Shown here piece after piece: positions 1 to 8,671 of a stretch of DNA of 64,000 bases (position 1 is its first letter; every line of letters begins with the position of its first letter). The stretch spans positions 248,001 to 312,000 of the forward strand of contig JAHCIT010000004.1 in NCBI GenBank assembly GCA_026129095.1, read 5' to 3'. The position numbers and the translations under genes are program-made. The notes under the pieces are model-generated. The model was given only the letters and a program-made list of their open reading frames with translations. It was not told the DNA's origin and made no database searches. The DNA comes from Deltaproteobacteria bacterium. Lineage in GTDB: Bacteria; JAGRBM01; JAHCIT01.

Positions 1-2
1 CA

Positions 3-2072
3 CCGGCCGGCGACATCAACGGCGACGGTTTCGACGACATCCTGATCGGACTCTCCCGCCGGGATCTGTCAAACGAAGGCCGTGGGTCTGCAGTGGTGCT
101 GAAGGGAAAAGCGGGGCCGTTCAGCGATATCAGCCTCGACAGCCTGTCATCCGGCGACGGTTTCCGGATCGACGGCCAGGATGAAGCCGTATACGTCTAC
201 GAAGGCGGGGCATACTACTGGGAATGGGATCAGGACCAGCGGTTCGGACGGGCACTGGCGGGCGGCACCGACTTCAACGGCGACGGCTTCGCCGACATGA
301 TATTCGGATCGCACCTTACCCGGTGGGGGTATTATTACGAATGGACCGGAGAAGGGGCCTTCACCGAAGGCTATGACAATTATGACAATGGCCGCGGGTA
401 CATCCTGTTCGGCCGGGAAACGGACTTCTCCCATCCCCTGCCATTTACCAGCTTCGATTTCGGTGAAGGTGGTGGCCTTGTGGTCCGGGGCAGCCAGGAA
501 GACGGGCTTTTTGGCTTTTCGGCGGCCTCCTCATGGGACATGAACGGCGACGGGTTTGCCGAAGCCCTGTTTGGTTCACATTCCTACCAGACCCAAGCTG
601 AAGGCACCTATCACGGGCTTGCCTGGATTGCCCGTGGCACCGATAGCCATACCGGCGGGTTTGAATCCGGTGACATTGGCGGAGAGGGTCTCCCCGGTAA
701 CCGGATATCCCACCCAGGAAATTCGGGATACGGATTCGGGTTTGCGCTCGCCGGAAGCGGCGATGTGAACGGCGATGGATACGCCGACATTGCTGTTTCC
801 AATCCCTGGCTGCACATCGAGGGCGATAACTCCGGACGGGCCTACGTCGTGACCGGCAGCCCCGTCATGAACGACAATAACAACCGGGTGCCATCAATCG
901 CTTTGTCTGCCGATGGCTATGGATGGTATTTGGGCCACAGCGTGGCGTTCGCCGACGTGAACGGCGACGGGTACAGCGACCTGATCGTTGGCGTACCGGC
1001 CTTTGGGGTCGAGGGCGAAGGCTCGGAAGGCATCGTGGCAGTACGGTTTGGATACAGCGGATACAGTGAGGGGTTCCCATATAACCAGTCCTTGGGAAGC
1101 CTGAACGGGTCCAACGGTTTCATGCTGTTTGGCAGTGCCGCCAACGATGGAACCGGAAGGTCCGTCGCCGGTATCGGCGATTTCAACGGGGATGGCTTCG
1201 ACGACATTCTCATCGGGGCTCCGTTTGCAGACCCGACTACCGGCGATATCGAAGGGATCAACAGCGCCGGAAAGGCCTATATCGTTTTCGGCAAGGCTGA
1301 CTGGACAGCCGATGGCGGCACGATGTCACTCAGCACGCTGAACGGCATGAACGGTATCACCGTTAGCGGAACACTGGCGGGCAGCATGCTCGGCTACTCG
1401 GTTGCCGCCGGCGGCGACATCAACGGCGACGGTTTCGCGGACGTCCTGATCGGCTCACTCGGCTATTACGGGGACGGGAAACAGGTACTGGTCCTGTTTG
1501 GCGGCGACGTGACCGGCAGCGTAACGGCTGAAGGCACAGCAGCCGGTGATACCCTGTCCGTGTCGGGTGGCGGCGCCGCCGTGGGAGGCCGCGGGAACGA
1601 CATCATCACCGCTACCGGCGAGGGAAATACGCTGATCGGCGGCGCTGGCCATGACCTGTTCGAAGTCAGCGAGCCGTATTTCCAGAAGGTGGACGGCGGC
1701 TCCGGCTTTGACGTCCTTCGCTTCACCCAAAGCGGCTACACGATCAGAACGGGCAAAGGCTGGTGGTCGAATAACCGCAACGCCGGGCTGGATATCCGGA
1801 ATATCGAGGCGATCGACCTTGGCGGAACAGGTGAAGGGAATGCTCTCCAATTGTCCCGCGGAGCGATCTCGCTCATGTCCACCACATCGTCGTCTCTGTA
1901 TATTCTTGGTGGAACGAACGATTACGCCTGTACCTATGGCACCTCATGGAGCATGGGAGATGGCCAGTCGATCGATATTGGTGGCGATACCATCCAGTTC
2001 GGCCGCCGGGACCATGACGGCCTCAGCCTGTTCATCCAGGAAGGCATGACTTTCAGCGACAGTTGCGACTGA
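3..2072 (+). CDS. FG-GAP (integrin alpha beta-propeller-like) repeat protein with C-terminal RTX-like glycine-rich repeats; 5' truncated by the window edge
   Basis: The frame is open from base 3 (PAGDINGDGFDDILIG). Multiple D-[FIVM]-NGDG-[FY]-x-D FG-GAP motifs; GGRGND, GGAGHD and GGSGFD repeats near the C-terminus. Confidence 0.9.
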   Translation, partial: PAGDINGDGFDDILIGLSRRDLSNEGRGSAVVLKGKAGPFSDISLDSLSSGDGFRIDGQDEAVYVYEGGAYYWEWDQDQRFGRALAGGTDFNGDGFADMIFGSHLTRWGYYYEWTGEGAFTEGYDNYDNGRGYILFGRETDFSHPLPFTSFDFGEGGGLVVRGSQEDGLFGFSAASSWDMNGDGFAEALFGSHSYQTQAEGTYHGLAWIARGTDSHTGGFESGDIGGEGLPGNRISHPGNSGYGFGFALAGSGDVNGDGYADIAVSNPWLHIEGDNSGRAYVVTGSPVMNDNNNRVPSIALSADGYGWYLGHSVAFADVNGDGYSDLIVGVPAFGVEGEGSEGIVAVRFGYSGYSEGFPYNQSLGSLNGSNGFMLFGSAANDGTGRSVAGIGDFNGDGFDDILIGAPFADPTTGDIEGINSAGKAYIVFGKADWTADGGTMSLSTLNGMNGITVSGTLAGSMLGYSVAAGGDINGDGFADVLIGSLGYYGDGKQVLVLFGGDVTGSVTAEGTAAGDTLSVSGGGAAVGGRGNDIITATGEGNTLIGGAGHDLFEVSEPYFQKVDGGSGFDVLRFTQSGYTIRTGKGWWSNNRNAGLDIRNIEAIDLGGTGEGNALQLSRGAISLMSTTSSSLYILGGTNDYACTYGTSWSMGDGQSIDIGGDTIQFGRRDHDGLSLFIQEGMTFSDSCD

Positions 2073-2078
2073 CCGCCT

Positions 2079-3269
2079 TTGATGGATAACGACGACTACG
2101 AGGGAACCCCGGTTCAGGGGATGGCACAGCCCGCCCCGCAGGGGCGCGGCGGACGGCCCGGCGCGGCCATGACGGCCGGAATCAATAACGCAGCCGCGCA
2201 ACCTGATGTACATCCACAAAAGTTCGACGTCTCCGCCTCGCGGGGGTTTCCGGCCTGGCTTCACCGGATGGGCGCGAGCCTGTCGTTCACCACCTATCAG
2301 GCCGGCAAGGTGTTTTTCATCGGTCTCAATCCCGACGGCCGCCTGTCACTCTTCGAGCGTACGATCCCCCGCTGCCTGGGCATGACCTTCCACCAGAACA
2401 GCCTCTATATCAGTTCGCTCTGGCAGATCTGGCGGTTCGAGAACGTGCTGCCTCCGGGGCAGCTCCACGACGGCTACGACCGGCTCTACAAGCCGCAGAT
2501 GAGCTGGGTAACGGGGGATCTGGATGTTCACGACATGGCCGTGGACAAAAACGGGCGGCTGCTGTTCGTGAACACGCTGTTCTGCTGCCTGGCAACGGTC
2601 AGCGGCGCGCACAGCTTCGTGCCCCTCTGGAAACCACCGTTCATCAGCAAGCTGGCCGCCGAGGACCGCTGCCACCTGAACGGCCTCGCCATGAAGGATG
2701 GCTTGCCCAAATACATGACCGCCGTGGCCGAGTCCGACGGCCCTGATGGCTGGCGTGAGCACCGCCGTTCGGGCGGCATTGTCATTGACATCGACACGAA
2801 TGAAATCGTCTGCCGCGGCCTCAGCATGCCGCACTCCCCGCGCTGGCACGACGGGAGACTGTGGCTTCACAACTCGGGCACGGGCGAGTTCGGCTTCGCG
2901 GACCTGAAGACCGGCAAGTTCGAGCCCGTGGCCTTCTGCCCCGGCTACCTGCGGGGGCTCGATTTCATCGGCCAGTTCGCCGTAACCGGCCTTTCCCGCA
3001 TACGGACGCGCAACACCAAGAGCTTCGGCGGCCTCCAGCTCGACGAGAAGCTGGCCGAAAAGAAGCTTTCCTCCCGGAGCGGCATTTTCATCATTGACCT
3101 CAAGAGTGGCGACATCACCGACTGGTTCCAGGTGGAGGGCGCCGTGGAGGAGCTTTACGATACGGCTATCCTGCCCGGCGTCCACCGTCCGATGGCGGTC
3201 GGATTCCTGGGAGACGAGGTACGCCGGATGCTGACGATGGCCGACCCGGCTGCTAAAAAGCCGGCATGA
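2079..3269 (+). CDS. TIGR03032 family protein (DUF4915), function unknown
   Basis: Characteristic motifs TTYQAGK, TGDLDVHD, NTLFCCLA, WKPPFISKLAAEDRCHLNGLA, GLSMPHSPRW and FCPGYLRGL. The start may be the ATG at 2082. Confidence 0.9.
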   Translation: MMDNDDYEGTPVQGMAQPAPQGRGGRPGAAMTAGINNAAAQPDVHPQKFDVSASRGFPAWLHRMGASLSFTTYQAGKVFFIGLNPDGRLSLFERTIPRCLGMTFHQNSLYISSLWQIWRFENVLPPGQLHDGYDRLYKPQMSWVTGDLDVHDMAVDKNGRLLFVNTLFCCLATVSGAHSFVPLWKPPFISKLAAEDRCHLNGLAMKDGLPKYMTAVAESDGPDGWREHRRSGGIVIDIDTNEIVCRGLSMPHSPRWHDGRLWLHNSGTGEFGFADLKTGKFEPVAFCPGYLRGLDFIGQFAVTGLSRIRTRNTKSFGGLQLDEKLAEKKLSSRSGIFIIDLKSGDITDWFQVEGAVEELYDTAILPGVHRPMAVGFLGDEVRRMLTMADPAAKKPA

Positions 3270-3925
3270 GCGAACCGTCCCTTGAATCCTCGATTCTTTC
3301 CTCCGGCAAGACGGAACAGTCCAGCCAGATCCGCCTGTACCGGAAGGTTTTTCCGACCGATGCCTGCCGCGAGATTATTCGCGTGTTCCGTGATTCGCCG
3401 GACAAGGTGCTGAGCCACGTCCACAATGGCAGCCCCGAAGTGACCCGGCAGGGAAAAGTCGTCAACCTGAAACCCAAACCGGAATACGAGGAGGCACGGA
3501 AACTCCTTTTCGGCATATGGAGGCAGGTGACGTTCGATTTTGCCCGCCACGATCCGGGACTGAAAATCATGGTGGCGGGGAGATTTCTCTTTTCGCACCC
3601 CCGCATCGAAGAGGTGCAGCCGGAGCAGGAGTTCACCTGGCATATCGACGCCCGGCAAACGTTCCAGGCGACCCGCTTTCTGACCATCCTGACCTACCTG
3701 AACGATGTCGCCGAAGGCGGCGAAACGGAGTTCTCTTATCAGGGGATAAAGGTTCAGCCCGAAGAGGGCTCCATCCTGGTCTTTCCGCCCTACTGGACCC
3801 ATGTCCACCGGGGCGCGCCGCCCCGGTCAGGCGTCAAGTACACGGCGGGAACCTACGCAATGGTTGAACGGGTGATGGACCAGCCGGCGGGTGCGAAGTT
3901 CCGGCCGCCGCCGGGAAATACCTAG
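3266..3925 (+). CDS. 2OG-Fe(II) oxygenase (prolyl 4-hydroxylase-like)
   Basis: HxD (WHID), YLNDVAEGGETEF, FPPYWTHVHRG and distal K (GVKY). Overlaps the upstream stop (ATGA). Confidence 0.85.
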   Translation: MSEPSLESSILSSGKTEQSSQIRLYRKVFPTDACREIIRVFRDSPDKVLSHVHNGSPEVTRQGKVVNLKPKPEYEEARKLLFGIWRQVTFDFARHDPGLKIMVAGRFLFSHPRIEEVQPEQEFTWHIDARQTFQATRFLTILTYLNDVAEGGETEFSYQGIKVQPEEGSILVFPPYWTHVHRGAPPRSGVKYTAGTYAMVERVMDQPAGAKFRPPPGNT

Positions 3926-4749
3926 GTGTCCCGCCTGTCCATCAGAAACATCATGTCCGGAGACCGTTTCACTTCCGGCCAGTGACGGCTCCACGCATAG
4001 AGGCCGCCCCGGTGGGCCTTTGACGGCGGCTCGATATGTAGCCTGCGGCGCACGTCGTCGAGCGGGAGCTCCAGCATCTCCTCCAGCGGCTCCGCCAGCA
4101 GCCACTTGGCCCGCCGGCCGCGCTCCCACGCCGCCAGCATGTAGGGCTGGAAACCCCATCTGTCATTTGGCAGGGCGAGCGGAGCAAAACCGAAAGCAAC
4201 ACCCGCCAGCACCGCCACGCCGAAGATCGGCGACTGGCCGTAAGTAAAAGCCAGCAGCGCCGCCTCGCCCAGCTCGTCGGCACCATAACCGGCGAGCGGG
4301 TGCCACAGGTCGTGGTTGTCCCGGAACCGGTCGCGGAACCACTGGCGGTCGGCGTCCACCTTCAGCTGGGGATCGTCCTCCCGGTAGGAGCTCGAAGTCG
4401 CTTCGGCGAGGCCGTAACCGTCGAGCCGCTCCTCTTCCATGTAACGTGCATAGGCGTAGCCGAACGTGTTCTTCGGCAGCCGGAGCAGGCGGGTCCGGTT
4501 CCCGGTGAGATATTCCAGCAGCGACGGTTTTTCCCTGAGAAGCTTCTGCCCGCGGGCGGTCCGGCGGAACCGCTGGAAGGCCCGTTCGAGGCCGTCGCCT
4601 TCCAGCGAAAAAACCATCTCCGCCACCTTGTCGGAGCGGCTCGTGTCTTTCACTACTTCCAGAAGAGCCTTCCCTGCCCGTCCCCACTGGTATTTGAATG
4701 CAGGCAGGCGGTCCGTCTCTCTGGCGCCCATAAGAAACCTCGCTCCCAT
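3922..4749 (-). CDS. Coq4 family protein
   Basis: LPKNTFGYAYARYM and the HDLWHPLAGYGADELGE (HDxxH...E) metal-binding motif typical of Coq4. Confidence 0.8.
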   Translation of the reverse strand: MGARFLMGARETDRLPAFKYQWGRAGKALLEVVKDTSRSDKVAEMVFSLEGDGLERAFQRFRRTARGQKLLREKPSLLEYLTGNRTRLLRLPKNTFGYAYARYMEEERLDGYGLAEATSSSYREDDPQLKVDADRQWFRDRFRDNHDLWHPLAGYGADELGEAALLAFTYGQSPIFGVAVLAGVAFGFAPLALPNDRWGFQPYMLAAWERGRRAKWLLAEPLEEMLELPLDDVRRRLHIEPPSKAHRGGLYAWSRHWPEVKRSPDMMFLMDRRDT

Positions 4750-4780
4750 AACCCCGGCAACCTCTTATTGAAGTTGCCGC

Positions 4781-4814
4781 TTGACAACCTACCTGCGCGC
4801 AGGCAGATTGTCAA
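4781..4814. promoter_or_regulatory. 34-bp near-perfect palindrome carrying overlapping divergent sigma70-type promoters; probable TetR operator
   Basis: TTGACAACCTACCTGCGCGCAGGCAGATTGTCAA (15 of 17 pairs complementary). TTGACA-N17-CAGATT on + and TTGACA-N17-TAGGTT on -. Confidence 0.7.
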
Positions 4815-4815
4815 C

Positions 4816-5469
4816 GTGAATGCACGGGCGACACTGGGGACACGGGCCGAAAAAACTCACGCGGCCATTCTGGAAGCGGCTGAGGATATCTTCGCACTCA
4901 AGGGTTTTGCGGCGACGCGCCTTGAGGACATTGCCGAGAAAGTCGGCATCAAGCGGGCCTCCCTCGTTTATTACTATCCCGACAAGCAGGCCCTCTATGC
5001 CGAAGTACTGAAAGAAGTGTTTGGAGACCTGTACGAAAAAGTCTCGGCCGCATTCGGGGAAGAAGGCCCGCTGGCAGCCCGGATCGAGGCGATCTCTCTT
5101 GCCTGGGTGGACTACCTGGCTGCCCGGCCCTCGCTGCCCCGTCTCCTGCTCAGGGAGATCGCCGATGCCAGCCCCCGCCCCAGCGATGCGATTCTGAAAA
5201 GCGTGATGCCGTTCTTCCAGATGATCCAGAAGGGATACATGGAGGGAGTTCGCCAGGTGAAAAGGCCGGCAGATCCGGCAGCGGCCCTCGCGTTCTGCAG
5301 CGTGGTTTCGGGCGCGACAATCTTCCAGCTGGCCGCCATTCCGGCCCTCTCGCCGGCAGGTATCCAGATGCCCACCGGTCCGCAGATCGAACGGCTCCGC
5401 AGCGGAATATCGGAACTGGTCCGTGTCCTGCTTGCTCATGGCGGCCTGTCCGTCGAGCAGTCCGGCTGA
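4816..5469 (+). CDS. TetR/AcrR family transcriptional regulator
   Basis: N-terminal HTH ILEAAEDIFALKGFAATRLEDIAEKVGIKRASLVYYYPDK. Real start inferred at GTG 4816 inside the longer 4300..5469 ORF. Confidence 0.9.
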   Translation: MNARATLGTRAEKTHAAILEAAEDIFALKGFAATRLEDIAEKVGIKRASLVYYYPDKQALYAEVLKEVFGDLYEKVSAAFGEEGPLAARIEAISLAWVDYLAARPSLPRLLLREIADASPRPSDAILKSVMPFFQMIQKGYMEGVRQVKRPADPAAALAFCSVVSGATIFQLAAIPALSPAGIQMPTGPQIERLRSGISELVRVLLAHGGLSVEQSG

Positions 5470-5499
5470 ACGCGCAGGCGGGGAAAAGGAAAAGACGAT

Positions 5500-6450
5500 A
5501 TGGAAATGGTCCCCGCCACCCAGCCGTTCCACTATGAATACGTACAGGCGAACGGACTCAGGTTTCGTGTCGCCACGGCCGGAAGCGGAGAGAAACTCGC
5601 GCTTCTGCTGCACGGGTTTCCGGAGTTTTCCCACTCATGGAGGTTCCAGATCCCGCTGCTCGCCAGACTCGGCTACCGGGTCTGGGCCCCCGATCTCCGC
5701 GGCTATGGCGGAAGCGATGCGCCCGATGGGGTCAAGAACTACCGGATCTCGGAAATACTGAAAGACATCGCCGGGCTCATTGATGCTGCCGGAGCGGAAA
5801 GTGTCACGCTCGTGGGGCACGACTGGGGGGCCTACATTGCCTGGAACTTTGCCATCCGGAAGGTCCGTCCGCTGGACCGGCTCGTCATCATGAACGTCCC
5901 CCATCCGGGCGTCATGGAACGGGCCATGGGAAAGCTCAACGATGGTTCGTTCAACTGGGCCCAGCTAAGGCGGTCCTGGTACATGTTTCTTTTCCAGATT
6001 CCCCGGCTGCCCGAGGCACTGAGCACCTGGGGTCATGCCAGGTGGCTCGCCTCGGCATTCCGCAAGCAGATCCCTGATTCCCGGCTGCTCACTGACGAGG
6101 ATATCCAGGCCTACCGTGACAACGCCTGCCTGCCCGGACGGATGACGAAGATGATGAACTACTACCGGGCCATGCTGCAGGGAGATGCGCCCAAGCTGCG
6201 GAAGCATGGCTACCCGGTGATCGAAACGCCCACGCTGATGCTCTGGGGGGATGGGGATATCGCCCTTGGCAAGGAACTGACCTACGGCACGGACCGATTC
6301 GTCCGGAACCTCTCGATCCGCTATCTTCCCGGCATATCCCACCTCGTCCAGCAGCACGCGCCGGGGACCGTGAACGCCATGCTGAAGGCATGGCTCGCCG
6401 GGAGCGAGATCCCCGAAGCGCATGAACTTGGGCTGCAGCGGGCCTCCTGA
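5500..6450 (+). CDS. Alpha/beta fold hydrolase, epoxide hydrolase-like
   Basis: HGFPE, DLRGYGGS, nucleophile GHDWG (Asp), RSWY and NYYRA tyrosines, C-terminal catalytic His (ISHLVQ). Confidence 0.88.
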   Translation: MEMVPATQPFHYEYVQANGLRFRVATAGSGEKLALLLHGFPEFSHSWRFQIPLLARLGYRVWAPDLRGYGGSDAPDGVKNYRISEILKDIAGLIDAAGAESVTLVGHDWGAYIAWNFAIRKVRPLDRLVIMNVPHPGVMERAMGKLNDGSFNWAQLRRSWYMFLFQIPRLPEALSTWGHARWLASAFRKQIPDSRLLTDEDIQAYRDNACLPGRMTKMMNYYRAMLQGDAPKLRKHGYPVIETPTLMLWGDGDIALGKELTYGTDRFVRNLSIRYLPGISHLVQQHAPGTVNAMLKAWLAGSEIPEAHELGLQRAS

Positions 6451-6483
6451 CTTCCCGCCCGGCAGCCCCCAGGAGATGATCCG

Positions 6484-7305
6484 ATGAAAAGTTTCAAGAA
6501 CCGGATTGCCGTCGTCACCGGTGCAGGCTCAGGCATCGGCCGGGCGACGGCCATCGCGCTGGCGAAGGAAGGCTGCGACGTGGCTGTCTCGGATATCAAT
6601 GAGGCCTCCGCCGCCGAAACGGCCAAATTCATCGAAGCTCTCAGCCGGAAAGCGAGTGTGCACCGGATTGACGTCTCCAGCCGGCAGGAGATGGAAGCCT
6701 TTCCCACCGAGGTGCTGAAGACACATGGCAAGGTGAATATCATCGTCAACAACGCCGGGATCGGTATTGCCGGTTCGTTCCTGGACCAGTCAATCGAGGA
6801 CTGGGAAAAGATCGTCGGGATCAACTTCTGGGGGGTCGTCTACGGCTGCAAGTTCTTCCTGCCGCACCTGCTCAAGGCAGAGGAAGGACATATCGTGAAC
6901 ATTTCCAGTCTTGCCGGTCTGGTGCCGGGACCGGGAATGTCATCCTATGGCGCGACCAAGTTCGCCGTGCGCGGGCTGTCGGAGGCGCTCTACAGCGAAC
7001 TCAAGAAGACCCGTGTCGGAGTCACCAGCGTTCATCCCGGGATGATCAACACGAACATTCCCAAGGCGACGAAGTTCATCAACCCCAAGGATCCTGGTGC
7101 CCAGAGCCGCGGGGCGAAAGCCTTTGAGCGGTTCGGCCATCCGCCGGAGGCCGTCGCCAAGGCCATCGTAAAGGCAATCCGCAGCAACCGGCCGCGGACC
7201 ATCGTCGGAGTCGAGGCCAAGGTATTCGACGCCATCCAGCGGGCCGCGCCGGAACAGTTGATCCGGTTTTCGAGCCGTCTGTCGGGACAGATCACGGGCC
7301 AGTAA
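6484..7305 (+). CDS. SDR family NAD(P)-dependent oxidoreductase
   Basis: TGAGSGIG, NNAG, YGATK (YxxxK). Confidence 0.92.
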   Translation: MKSFKNRIAVVTGAGSGIGRATAIALAKEGCDVAVSDINEASAAETAKFIEALSRKASVHRIDVSSRQEMEAFPTEVLKTHGKVNIIVNNAGIGIAGSFLDQSIEDWEKIVGINFWGVVYGCKFFLPHLLKAEEGHIVNISSLAGLVPGPGMSSYGATKFAVRGLSEALYSELKKTRVGVTSVHPGMINTNIPKATKFINPKDPGAQSRGAKAFERFGHPPEAVAKAIVKAIRSNRPRTIVGVEAKVFDAIQRAAPEQLIRFSSRLSGQITGQ

Positions 7306-7334
7306 TCCAGTTTTCAGCACCGGAGGAAATCACC

Positions 7335-8507
7335 ATGTCAGGACGAATGAAGTTCGGAATCTTTCTTGCCCCGTTTCATCCGGTGGATGAAAACCCCACG
7401 CTCGCGCTGGAGCGTGATCTTCAGCTCGTCCAGTGGCTGGACACCCTGGGCTACGACGAGGCCTGGATCGGCGAGCACCACTCGGCCGGGTACGAGATCA
7501 TCGCGAGTCCCGAGGTGTTCATCGCCACGGCGGCCGAACGCACCCGGCACATTCGCCTCGGGACCGGCGTCTCGTCGCTCCCCTACCACCACCCCCTCAT
7601 GCTGGCCGACCGGATCATGCTCCTCGACCACCTGACCCGCGGACGGGTGATGTTCGGCGTGGGCCCCGGCTCCCTCCCTTCGGACGCCACCATGATGGGT
7701 ATCGAACCTGCCCAGCAGCGCGACATGATGGACGAGGCGATATCAGTGCTGGTACCGCTGCTCCGCGGAGAAACCGTCACCTGCAAGACCAGCTGGTTCG
7801 AGCTGAAAAATGCGCGGCTCCAGCTGAAGCCCTTTTCCCGCGACGGGATCGAGATCGCCGTGGCCTCGATGGTCTCCCCGGCTGGCGCACGGGCGGCCGG
7901 CAAGTACGGCCTGGCGCTGCTCTCCATCGGGGCTACGACACAGGGCGGTTTCAATGCGCTGGCGAGCAACTGGAAAATCGCCGAGGAAAAGGCCGCCGAA
8001 TACGGCCAGACGGTTGACCGCAACGCCTGGAGGCTCGTGGGGCCGATGCATGTGGCCGAAACCCGGGAAAAGGCCCGCGATAACGTAAAGTTCGGCCTGG
8101 GAAAATGGCTGACCTACTTCACTGAAGTGGGCGCCCTGCCCCTCGTCCCCGGCGGCGACCCTGACAAGGCGGTCGATTCGCTCATCAAGACCGGCATGGC
8201 CGTCATCGGCAGCCCGGATGACTGCATCCAGCAGATCGAACGGCTCCAGAAGGAGTCAGGGGGCTTCGGCGGAATGCTCCAGATGGCGGTCAACTGGGCG
8301 GACTTCGAGCAGACAAAGAAGAGCTACGAACTCATCGCCCGGTATGTATTTCCGCATTTCCAGGGAACAAACACGGCCCGCGAGGTCTCCATGGAATCGG
8401 CCCGGCAGAACCGGCCGGAACTGATCGGCAAGGCGACCGGTGCCATCGCCGCCGAGATCAAAAAGCATTACGAGGAAAAGAAGGCCGCCGAGAAGAAGGC
8501 GGGATAG
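7335..8507 (+). CDS. LLM-class (luciferase-like) flavin-dependent monooxygenase, resembling the limonene 1,2-monooxygenase group
   Basis: FGIFLAPFH, GYDEAWIGEHHS, IRLGTGVSSLPYHHP, GRVMFGVGPGSLPSDA; GGAGG RBS upstream. Confidence 0.88.
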   Translation: MSGRMKFGIFLAPFHPVDENPTLALERDLQLVQWLDTLGYDEAWIGEHHSAGYEIIASPEVFIATAAERTRHIRLGTGVSSLPYHHPLMLADRIMLLDHLTRGRVMFGVGPGSLPSDATMMGIEPAQQRDMMDEAISVLVPLLRGETVTCKTSWFELKNARLQLKPFSRDGIEIAVASMVSPAGARAAGKYGLALLSIGATTQGGFNALASNWKIAEEKAAEYGQTVDRNAWRLVGPMHVAETREKARDNVKFGLGKWLTYFTEVGALPLVPGGDPDKAVDSLIKTGMAVIGSPDDCIQQIERLQKESGGFGGMLQMAVNWADFEQTKKSYELIARYVFPHFQGTNTAREVSMESARQNRPELIGKATGAIAAEIKKHYEEKKAAEKKAG

Positions 8508-8671
8508 CCTGCCGGCCATCCGCCCCCGTTTGCAACAACCGGTTGACCGGCCTGGCCCTATGACCATCATCATGGTCCGGCAGGGTCCACTACAATAGAC
8601 TGCGGCTTTACGGCTACCAGAATCCCGGTTTTGGGATTTTTCCGGCCGGTTGAGGGGAGCCGCCCTACGCC

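Noticed and set aside
9-1437. Recurring ACGGCGACGG-type DNA repeats, including a 25-bp match at 9-33 and 1413-1437
   Set aside because: They encode FG-GAP motifs in frame and are irregularly spaced; not a CRISPR array or mobile-element ends.
4300-4815. N-terminal extension of the TetR ORF
   Set aside because: It overlaps the Coq4-like gene on the other strand; the TetR domain and promoter geometry point to a start at 4816.
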